Source: Planctomycetota bacterium (GTDB taxonomy: Bacteria > Planctomycetota > UBA8108 > SXIK01). Taken from it: a stretch of 42,048 bases of DNA. Both the position numbers and the translations under genes were made by a program. Shown here piece by piece: positions 35,056-42,048 of the stretch. Location: NCBI GenBank assembly GCA_965223845.1, contig CBDCXR010000003.1, positions 1 to 42,048 on the forward strand, written 5' to 3'. A model generated the notes under the pieces. That model searched no databases, was not told the DNA's origin, and saw only the letters and a list, made by a program, of their open reading frames with translations. The stretch's first letter is position 1, and every line of letters begins with the position of its first letter.

Positions 35056-35290
35056 CGTCGAGGTGCCGCTTTGGCTGGTCGTCCTGTACGGACTCGTTTC
35101 GCTGCTCTTGCTCTTGGTGTTCGTCCTGAACGGCTCATCTCGGAAAGATCTTAGCTACGTTCCCGGAGCGCTTATCTGCGCGCTCCTCGTGGCGTTTTGG
35201 CCGATCTCCGTTTCGCTCCTATGCTGTTTCGTCTGGCTTTACCGATACAGCCCTACGAGCTGGACTGGGCGTGAGAACCGACAGGCTTGA
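35045..35290 (+). CDS. Small two-TM membrane protein
   Basis: Two long hydrophobic segments; GGAGGA RBS. Confidence 0.65.
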   Translation: MRIDVEVPLWLVVLYGLVSLLLLLVFVLNGSSRKDLSYVPGALICALLVAFWPISVSLLCCFVWLYRYSPTSWTGRENRQA

Positions 35291-35489
35291 ACGTGTGGCG
35301 AGCGCAGCCGTGGGCGCCACGCTCGACGTGTCGGACGAACTTTTCGATTCCGAACTACGCGCGAGCTGGACCAGGCGCGTTCCAACACAGCTCGCCCTCA
35401 ACTGGAGATCGCTTTCCCCTCGCGAGAGACTCGTCGTCGTGATCTGCTGCGCCGGCGACGACCGAGGACCACACCGCCCTCTCTCCTGA
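35271..35489 (+). CDS. Hypothetical protein
   Basis: Fills the gap before the terminator; weak support. Confidence 0.45.
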   Translation: MRTDRLERVASAAVGATLDVSDELFDSELRASWTRRVPTQLALNWRSLSPRERLVVVICCAGDDRGPHRPLS

Positions 35490-35527
35490 GCTCGCTGGCT
35501 CGTCGACCGGCCAACGGCGCGACGGGT

Positions 35528-35565
35528 GCCCCTTCGACCGTTTGACTCGGTCGGAGGGGCTTTTT
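35528..35565 (+). terminator. Rho-independent terminator ending the early operon
   Basis: GCCCCTTCGACCG-loop-CGGTCGGAGGGGC-TTTTT. Confidence 0.85.
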
Positions 35566-35572
35566 CTTGCGC

Positions 35573-35602
35573 TTGACGACACCGCAGGTCACGCCGCAGA
35601 AT
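35573..35602 (+). promoter_or_regulatory. Candidate late promoter
   Basis: TTGACG-18-CAGAAT just after the terminator. Confidence 0.45.
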
Positions 35603-35679
35603 ACGGTTAGGAGCCCGGTCCATTCAGCGGTCGGGCGCCGTCGCCCGCCGGAGACGGAGGCGGGCGTCATGGCCCGAGG

Positions 35680-35753
35680 GCCTCGGACGTAGCGCACGAC
35701 GCGCCGCAGACCCCCCTCGGTAGCCAGCGGGTTAGATCCCCGCGAGAGCACCA
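35680..35753 (+). ncRNA. Degenerate tRNA-like structure
   Basis: D arm TA-GCGC-acgac-GCGC, T arm GCGGG-TTAGATC-CCCGC, 3' ACCA; acceptor and anticodon stems irregular. Confidence 0.45.
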
Positions 35754-35770
35754 CGAGCCACGACGGCCGC

Positions 35771-35947
35771 ATGCCCTCGCACTGGATCCCGCCCCCGAGC
35801 CCCGCAGCCCGGATCATCTACGTCGACCCGGAGGCCGGCGACGACGAGACCGGTCGTTCGTATCCGCCGGAAGAGGCCGATCCGAGCGAGCCTGTGTTCG
35901 CGTTTCGGACCGTCGAAGCTGCGCGCAAACCGGCGGAGGGCGAGTGA
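35771..35947 (+). CDS. 58-aa truncated paralog of the next gene's N-terminus
   Basis: AARIIYVDPEAGDD...AFRTVEAA versus AARIHYVDPNGGND...AYLTIAQA. Confidence 0.55.
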   Translation: MPSHWIPPPSPAARIIYVDPEAGDDETGRSYPPEEADPSEPVFAFRTVEAARKPAEGE

Positions 35948-37563
35948 TGGGACTTCTCCTGTCAGCTCCGCGCGTCCTCACGCCGCACATGCTCCCGGTG
36001 AGCATCCCGCACGCTGCGGCCCGGATCCACTACGTCGACCCGAACGGCGGCAACGACGGCACGGCGACTCCGCACCACTACGGCGTCGAGTACACCGATG
36101 GGGAGGATCCGCGCGAGGTCCCGCCGTCGGGTGGGGTCAACGCGTATCTGACGATCGCGCAGGCGGTCTCCGACGCAGACCTGACGCGTGGCGACTGGAT
36201 CCTGCTCCTCGGCGTCGATTTCGACGAGGGCGAGACATTTCCGGTTATTTCGTCGTCAGGACCCAACGCCGACGAGCCGGCCGTCTTCGGGACGTACGTG
36301 ATCGGTCTCGGCACTCCGCGGCGCGCGCGACTCCAGCTCAACGGTACGGCGAGCACGATGCTTCGGATCAACCCGCACGCGCCGTGCTTTCTCCAAGTCT
36401 GGGACATCGATTTCTACTCGCCGGAAGGAGACCCGACGCACGTCGACTTCAACGCCACGGTGGAGCACGGTCATTCGCTGTCATCTCCGTGGGGCGCGCT
36501 TGTTCCCAACGGCGTCCGGCCGTGCGACCTTCAGTTCTTCTACTGCCGGTTCCAGTACTGCAACGAGGCCGCCGTTCAGAGCTACACGCCACAGGACGCT
36601 CAAGTCCTAAGGGGCGTAAAGTTCCACCGATGCATCTTCAGCGAGATGTGGAACGGCCTGGCGCCGCCGGACGACCGATGCCAGGGGCTCTTTTCGCAGC
36701 TCGTCGACCTCGAACTGCACGAGTGCGTCTTCTACTACGGCGGGTGGTACGACGGGGACGGGCGAAACCGCACGGCGTTCGATCACAATCTCTACGTGAT
36801 CAACATGGGGCGTACGCTCGTTCGCGGCTGTCTGTTCGCTCACCCTCGCGCGAAGAATATCAAGTGCGATTGCGACAAGACGTACAACTCGGTTCCAGGT
36901 GACGATGTCGCGACCGGCTTTCACATGGGGCCGAATCGCGGGATGACGGTTCAGCACTGCTTGATCGTCGGCGGTACCCAGGGCATCGGATTTGATCACT
37001 CCGCTAGCTCTGAGGAGCTCGTTCACATCGGACATCGCGTTCTCGAAAACGTGATCTCTGGGACTGGTGCGACCCAGAACGGATCGTCTGACATTGTCTA
37101 TGGGATCGGTGGCGACCAACTTCGCGATCTCGTGATCGACGGGAACTACCTCGTTCACCGCAACGGATCGGTTTCCGACGGTCAGGCGACGAGTATCGGA
37201 CGCCGTAACGCGGCGAACGACTACATCCGCTGCCGCGACACTGCGATCACGAACAACACGGTCCACGATTTCGGCGGCTCGGGCGCCTATCGCTGGCCGA
37301 GCCAGCATTGCCAGCGCGGCACGACCGATCCAGTCGCATCGCCATCGATCGGTTTCGTCGAGTCGGGCAATCGTATCGAGCAGGCCGCCGGCTCGTACCG
37401 AGAGCCGACGTTCGACCACGAAACGTGGGCGTCTGAGCTGGGCTTCTTGAGCTTTGCTCAGCTCATGCAGTCGGCCGTAGCTCGTTCGCGGTGGGATTGG
37501 GACGCGCAGCTTAACGGGCATGTCGCGTACCGCAGGTTTCAGCAGGCGTATTTGGCGTCGTAA
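35947..37563 (+). CDS. Right-handed beta-helix (pectin lyase-like) protein, candidate depolymerase or adhesin
   Basis: YVDP..G.D start, GDWILL, FDHNLY, repeated xCxF and GNY/NNT stacks. Confidence 0.75.
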   Translation: MGLLLSAPRVLTPHMLPVSIPHAAARIHYVDPNGGNDGTATPHHYGVEYTDGEDPREVPPSGGVNAYLTIAQAVSDADLTRGDWILLLGVDFDEGETFPVISSSGPNADEPAVFGTYVIGLGTPRRARLQLNGTASTMLRINPHAPCFLQVWDIDFYSPEGDPTHVDFNATVEHGHSLSSPWGALVPNGVRPCDLQFFYCRFQYCNEAAVQSYTPQDAQVLRGVKFHRCIFSEMWNGLAPPDDRCQGLFSQLVDLELHECVFYYGGWYDGDGRNRTAFDHNLYVINMGRTLVRGCLFAHPRAKNIKCDCDKTYNSVPGDDVATGFHMGPNRGMTVQHCLIVGGTQGIGFDHSASSEELVHIGHRVLENVISGTGATQNGSSDIVYGIGGDQLRDLVIDGNYLVHRNGSVSDGQATSIGRRNAANDYIRCRDTAITNNTVHDFGGSGAYRWPSQHCQRGTTDPVASPSIGFVESGNRIEQAAGSYREPTFDHETWASELGFLSFAQLMQSAVARSRWDWDAQLNGHVAYRRFQQAYLAS

Positions 37564-37578
37564 GAGAGGTTTTTTCGA

Positions 37579-38037
37579 ATGGGATACACGGACTTCACCC
37601 ATGACACCGGAATCTCGCCGGCGACCTGGACGCTCAACGGCCTCGCCTCGGGGGCCGGTCGCCAGTCGGACTCCATGGATCTTGGCACCAACATCCCCGA
37701 CGAGGTAGACGTCGTGCCATCGATCTCGTTCGGGGCGAATCCCACCGTCGCTGAGACAGTCGAGATTTACGCCGCGTACTCCGAGGACAACACGACGTTC
37801 GACGGCGAGCTTGGGAACGCCGACGCCGCGGTAACGAACCCCAATGACGTTGTCGTCAGGCTGCAGCACGTTGGCACGCTTCAGCTTCAGGCTAAGACGG
37901 CAGCGCACGTCGCGCACTTCCGCGTGCGGCCTCTGGCGCAGCACATGGTCCTCGTCCTCATCAACCGCGCCGCGACGGCGACCCCCGACGCGAGCGCAGA
38001 CGCGACGGTCTATCCGATCGTGCGACAAAGCGCGTAA
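37579..38037 (+). CDS. Hypothetical virion protein
   Basis: TLNGLASGAGRQSD; beta-rich; precedes the LamG-like gene. Confidence 0.65.
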   Translation: MGYTDFTHDTGISPATWTLNGLASGAGRQSDSMDLGTNIPDEVDVVPSISFGANPTVAETVEIYAAYSEDNTTFDGELGNADAAVTNPNDVVVRLQHVGTLQLQAKTAAHVAHFRVRPLAQHMVLVLINRAATATPDASADATVYPIVRQSA

Positions 38038-38042
38038 AGGCA

Positions 38043-38828
38043 ATGATTCTACGGACGCTCCGACAGCTACGGCGCGAAGGCCACGCCAGGGACGCGAGCG
38101 AGGCAGCTCACCCGCGCCTCTGGCGCGGCCTTGATTTCCTGCTCGCGCCCGCAGTCGAGAAGAGCGTGGACCTGCACAACCTCGTGACCGGAGAGCTGCT
38201 CACTCGTGTCGGAACGGGGCACTCGATTCAGAACGACGCAGATTACGGCGACGTTCTTCACCTCGACGGAAACGGGCACTACGAGACACCGGTTAAGCGT
38301 AAGCAGCCGTATACGTCTTCGTTCTTGATCTTCGCAAAGCGCGACGGGACGTCCGGCCAGCAGTATCTCCTTAACGCCGCCGCCGGCGGAACGACCGCCC
38401 GAACGGATAGCGCGGAGAAATTCGAGATCGGCGAATCGTTCGCTGGGCTCTCGTTCAATCTGACCGGACGGTTCACCGCGAACGAGTGGTTTCACATGGG
38501 CGTGCACACCGCTTCGCGCGCATCGGGAGACTCTGATTCGTGGCTCTTTGCCCCGGCCGGCGAATCTTCCAACAGCGCGCACGCGTTCGCAGACGATGGA
38601 TTCACCCACATCGGAGCAAGCAGTACGAGCATTGAGCGCCATGTCGGGCACATCGCTTTCATCGCTGCTTGGAACGGCAACGTCGGTGATCGGCAGATGC
38701 GCGAGCTCGTCGCCGACCCGTATCGCATTCTCGAGCGTAGACGGATTCGTTACTTCGCCCCGCCGCCGTCGAGCTTCGCGGCATTCGCACAAACTCAGAA
38801 AACGGTCTCGCGAGGAGTAGTCGGATGA
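38043..38828 (+). CDS. Concanavalin A / LamG-like domain protein
   Basis: LHLDG, NEWFHMG, HIG and GHIAFIAAWN...ELVADPY pattern. Confidence 0.7.
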   Translation: MILRTLRQLRREGHARDASEAAHPRLWRGLDFLLAPAVEKSVDLHNLVTGELLTRVGTGHSIQNDADYGDVLHLDGNGHYETPVKRKQPYTSSFLIFAKRDGTSGQQYLLNAAAGGTTARTDSAEKFEIGESFAGLSFNLTGRFTANEWFHMGVHTASRASGDSDSWLFAPAGESSNSAHAFADDGFTHIGASSTSIERHVGHIAFIAAWNGNVGDRQMRELVADPYRILERRRIRYFAPPPSSFAAFAQTQKTVSRGVVG

Positions 38829-39727
38829 TCCTGGGAAATATCGAGCAAGGGACAACGATCACAGTTCCTCTCCCGCCTCTGCGTAACACGACTACCGGCG
38901 CCAAGTACACTACGGCCTTGACCAACGGCGAGATCTACATCTCGAAAGCGGGCGGAACTCCGGCGAACCGTAACAGCACGACGGCACCCGTCGTCGACAC
39001 GACAACCGGATACCAGCTTGTCGAGCTCGACGATGTCGACACGGACACGATCGGTCATCTCGCGATCGGTCACAGCCGGGCGGAGTCCGGAGGCGAGGTT
39101 ATTTACGTAGTTGAGGGTCCTGCAACCGACGCTGTGTTCGCCGATGACGCGATCAATGCCCGGGTGGTAGCAGACGCCCTCCAGCTCGATCCGGCGGCGC
39201 AGGCGAAGCAAGAGGCGTTCTTCCAGTCTTTCCTCGCTGCGACGGTCGACGGAACCGGTCCGCCCGCTGCGACTTCGAGCGCGTTCATCATCGTAGGCGC
39301 CGGCGGCGATACGCTTTCGTCTACCGACGACGCGTACGTCGACGGATTGCTCGTCGTTACGGATATCGCCTCCGGCGTCGTGCGCGAAGCTGCCGGAGTT
39401 GCCGCGTACAACGGCACGACGAAGCTCGTAACGCTCAAGCGGGCGCTGACAGCCGCGCCAGGAGACGGCGAAGCCATTCAGATCATTCCCGCGGCGACGA
39501 TGAACGTGCTCAACGATCTCGTCAACGCGGCGGACACGCTCGGAACGGGCATCTCGTTCTACGCTGCGCTTCGCTCCCTTCTCGCATTCCATGCTGCGAA
39601 GGTGTCGGGCGCGGAGGGCACAACGCCGGCGATCCGGAACCTCGCCGATACGGCGGACGTCGCGACCTACACAACGGACGCCAACGGCAACCGCTCCGTG
39701 GCCACCTACAACCCCGGTAACGCGTAG
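38825..39727 (+). CDS. Hypothetical virion protein
   Basis: ISKAGG, DTDTIG, STDDAY, YNGTTK and TDANGNRS; Thr/Ala-rich. Confidence 0.65.
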   Translation: MILGNIEQGTTITVPLPPLRNTTTGAKYTTALTNGEIYISKAGGTPANRNSTTAPVVDTTTGYQLVELDDVDTDTIGHLAIGHSRAESGGEVIYVVEGPATDAVFADDAINARVVADALQLDPAAQAKQEAFFQSFLAATVDGTGPPAATSSAFIIVGAGGDTLSSTDDAYVDGLLVVTDIASGVVREAAGVAAYNGTTKLVTLKRALTAAPGDGEAIQIIPAATMNVLNDLVNAADTLGTGISFYAALRSLLAFHAAKVSGAEGTTPAIRNLADTADVATYTTDANGNRSVATYNPGNA

Positions 39728-39738
39728 GAGCGCGCGAC

Positions 39739-40689
39739 GTGATATGGGCGAAATCGATTTGGTCCAAGCGGATCTGGGCGCCGCGGATCTGGTCCGGGCA
39801 GTCGGCGGAAGTCCTGCTGACCATCTCGGCCTCCATGTCGACCGCGGCGTCCGTGAGGCCCGAGCGAACGGCCACACTATCGCCGTCAGCGAGCGTCGGA
39901 ACGCCGGTGAGTGCGAGACTGAGCTCCGGGCAAGCATCGGGTCCTTGGTCGCCGAAGATCTGGGCACCTCGAATTTGGTCGCCCACGATTTGGGCTCCCG
40001 GCGTGGTCACGACGATCGAGCTCCGAATCTCGGCGTCGATGGGCATGTCAGCGTCCGTGAGGCCCGAGCGTACGGCCACGCTCTCGCCCGTGGCGAACGC
40101 TGCGGCGGCAGCGAGCGCCGATCTCGAGGTGGAGCGACTGGCTCGGATTGCTGCCGGAGTCGCGCACGCAGCGTCGGTGCGTCTCGACGTTCCGCTGAAG
40201 ACGCTCCGCATCTCGGCGCGGATGGGCATGGCAGCCAGTGTGACGCCGAGAGTGGAGAGGAGCCTCGCGATCTCAGCCAGCACGTCGAACGCGGCCTCGG
40301 TTACACCCGAGAGGCAGGCGACGCTGCGAGTGGTTGCGCGGGTGGCTACGGCCGCGAGCCTGCTCACTCACGTCGAGCGACGATTGATCGTCTCGGCGCT
40401 GCTGTCGTTCGGAGTTTCTCCCGGAGTTCGACCGGAGCGCCAGCTCGTCCTGTCAGCACGTGCGATCTGCGCGGCATCAGCTCGTCCGGAAGTGACCAGG
40501 CAGCCGCGCATCTCGGCTTCTCAGAGTCTCGGAGCGAGCTTGGATCCAGAACGCACGGCGACACTGCAGCCTGTGGCAAACGTCGCGGAAGGGGCGGCGC
40601 TCGAGGTGCTGCCTGGCGGAATGAGATTCGACGACTCGTTCGAGGACGATTTCGTCGCGGAAGAATCTTGCAACGAATTTAAGTCGTAA
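39739..40689 (+). CDS. Repetitive filament-like protein
   Basis: IW(A/S)PxIW clusters plus ~19-20 aa ISAS..AASVRPER repeats. Confidence 0.7.
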   Translation: MIWAKSIWSKRIWAPRIWSGQSAEVLLTISASMSTAASVRPERTATLSPSASVGTPVSARLSSGQASGPWSPKIWAPRIWSPTIWAPGVVTTIELRISASMGMSASVRPERTATLSPVANAAAAASADLEVERLARIAAGVAHAASVRLDVPLKTLRISARMGMAASVTPRVERSLAISASTSNAASVTPERQATLRVVARVATAASLLTHVERRLIVSALLSFGVSPGVRPERQLVLSARAICAASARPEVTRQPRISASQSLGASLDPERTATLQPVANVAEGAALEVLPGGMRFDDSFEDDFVAEESCNEFKS

Positions 40690-40701
40690 GGAGCGCCCAC
40701 C

Positions 40702-41145
40702 ATGCCGGATGTCGGAACATCATCGGATTACCTCGCGGACATGCTGCTCGACGCGGCGTGCGGCGACGGTACGTTCACCGAACCCACGAACCTGTATCTC
40801 GCCCTTTGCACGGTGACGCCCGTTGTGGGAGATACCGGCTCGTCGATCACTGAGGCGGGAGCGAACTGGACCAACTACGGCCGCGTACTTGTCGCCCCAG
40901 CCGACTTGTCCGCTGCGGCCGGTCGATCCAAGACCAATTCGGCCGAAATCGACTTCGGGACCGCCACGACCACGGCCAATGAGACGATCGTCGGATGGGC
41001 GCTTGTCGACGCCTCGAGCGGCGGCAATGCGCTGTTCGTAGGTGACTTCAACGTGCCGATCATCGTTCAGGACGGCAACCCGGTGAAGGTTCCGGTCGGA
41101 GCGCTCGACCTCCACGTCGATCCCACCAAGAACGCCGCGCCGTAA
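40702..41145 (+). CDS. Fibre-associated structural protein
   Basis: LYLAL...NYGR...TNSAEIDF..AT...DASSGGN; AAGGAG RBS. Confidence 0.7.
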   Translation: MPDVGTSSDYLADMLLDAACGDGTFTEPTNLYLALCTVTPVVGDTGSSITEAGANWTNYGRVLVAPADLSAAAGRSKTNSAEIDFGTATTTANETIVGWALVDASSGGNALFVGDFNVPIIVQDGNPVKVPVGALDLHVDPTKNAAP

Positions 41146-41153
41146 TCGATACT

Positions 41154-41444
41154 GTGTCGAAGTCAGCACGCGCACCGCAGGTGGCGGACAAGACAGAAGC
41201 CGAGACGCGCAGGCTCACGTTCGATCTCTCAGGTCGTATGACCGAAGGCGAGTCGATCGTGAGCTCTGCGCACACGGTGCCTGCTGGACTGACCAAGGTT
41301 TCCGAATCGTTCGACGCAACTGCCCAGCGCACGCAGGTTCTCGTCTCCGGTGGAACGGCGGGCACGACGTACGTGATCTCGGTGCTGGCCAACACCGACG
41401 CCGGGCAACTCGTCGAGGTCGAGGGTGAACTGCTCGTGGAGTGA
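41154..41444 (+). CDS. Fibre adaptor-like protein
   Basis: K...E.RRLTFD...VSGGTAGTTY...TDAGQ pattern. Confidence 0.65.
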   Translation: MSKSARAPQVADKTEAETRRLTFDLSGRMTEGESIVSSAHTVPAGLTKVSESFDATAQRTQVLVSGGTAGTTYVISVLANTDAGQLVEVEGELLVE

Positions 41445-41764
41445 GAGAGATCGTGGTGAGGAGCTTCGCAGATCTGAGGAGATCGAGAGACGCTGGCCGT
41501 CGTGTGGTCAAGGTCTCCGATCGGTTCTATCGGCGTAAGCCGTGGCGTCAGACACGACGAGCGTTTCTCTCCGCTAACCCGATCTGCGCCGATCCGTTCG
41601 GCGAGCACGCTAAGAACAGCCGCACCGAACCAGCGACCGAGGTCGACCACAAGCGACCGATCAACGCCGGAGGCGCACCGTACTCGTTCGACAATCTCCA
41701 GGCGCTCTGCAAGCGATGTCACAGCCGAAAGACGCGGCGAGAGCAGACGGGGAGGGGGGGATGA
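41441..41764 (+). CDS. HNH endonuclease (packaging-associated)
   Basis: ATEVDH...DNLQALCKRCHSRKT directly before terS, as for HK97 gp74. Confidence 0.93.
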   Translation: MREIVVRSFADLRRSRDAGRRVVKVSDRFYRRKPWRQTRRAFLSANPICADPFGEHAKNSRTEPATEVDHKRPINAGGAPYSFDNLQALCKRCHSRKTRREQTGRGG

Positions 41765-41786
41765 ATCCTCAGGGTCGGGGTGCGCG

Positions 41787-42048
41787 TGGAAGAGAATCTC
41801 GAAACTCGTCGACGCGATGGGCGTGATGACGCTCGCGGACGAGAACGCCTTGGCGCGGTACTGCGAAACCTACTCGCTGTGGCGGGATACCGTGAGGTCC
41901 GTCCAGAAGGCGGGGAGGCTCGTTCCCGTCCTGAAGTGGAACCGAGTCACCGAGGAATTCGTCGAAGTCGGCGTCGAGCACAATCCGGACCTCGCGCTTC
42001 TTCTCAAGGTTCAAAAGCAGCTTCTCGAGCACGAGCGGGAGTTTGGGC
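41787..42048 (+). CDS. terS: Terminase small subunit (P27 family), 5' end disrupted
   Basis: WKRISKLVDAMGVMTLADENALARYC...HNP...EREFG; no in-frame ATG/GTG between the HNH stop and the WKR helix. Confidence 0.85.

Overview
The window looks like an essentially complete, circularly permuted ~42 kb temperate tailed phage genome (HK97-fold head, non-contractile tail), in its excised/attP state. The last 6 nt (TTGGGC) repeat the first 6, and joining the ends restores the P27-type small-terminase motif EFGLTPSAR. Order: terL, portal, S49 protease, major capsid, neck, tail tube, chaperones, tape measure and tail tip (131-16001); an atypical lysis slot (16014-17244); a mostly leftward control region with RHH-like genes, a TPR-like gene and a standalone secreted dockerin but no recognisable cI (17386-20650); two excisionase-like HTH genes, attP (3' half of tRNA-Phe) and a tyrosine integrase (20855-22902); recombination, replication and methylase genes (22979-35489); and a second virion-accessory block, HNH and terS (35771-42048). 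The dockerin style suggests a Planctomycetota host (inference). Main observations: (1) a frame-preserving 48-bp inversion inside the C5 cytosine methyltransferase puts the SAM-binding motif I on the opposite strand and also alters an overlapping second-subunit frame; (2) the integrase frame can start coupled to the xis stop and read through the whole attP; (3) the immunity region is built from paralogous RHH-like genes around a TPR-like/dockerin pair; (4) terS has a broken 5' end. All calls are from motif reading by eye; no database searches were run.
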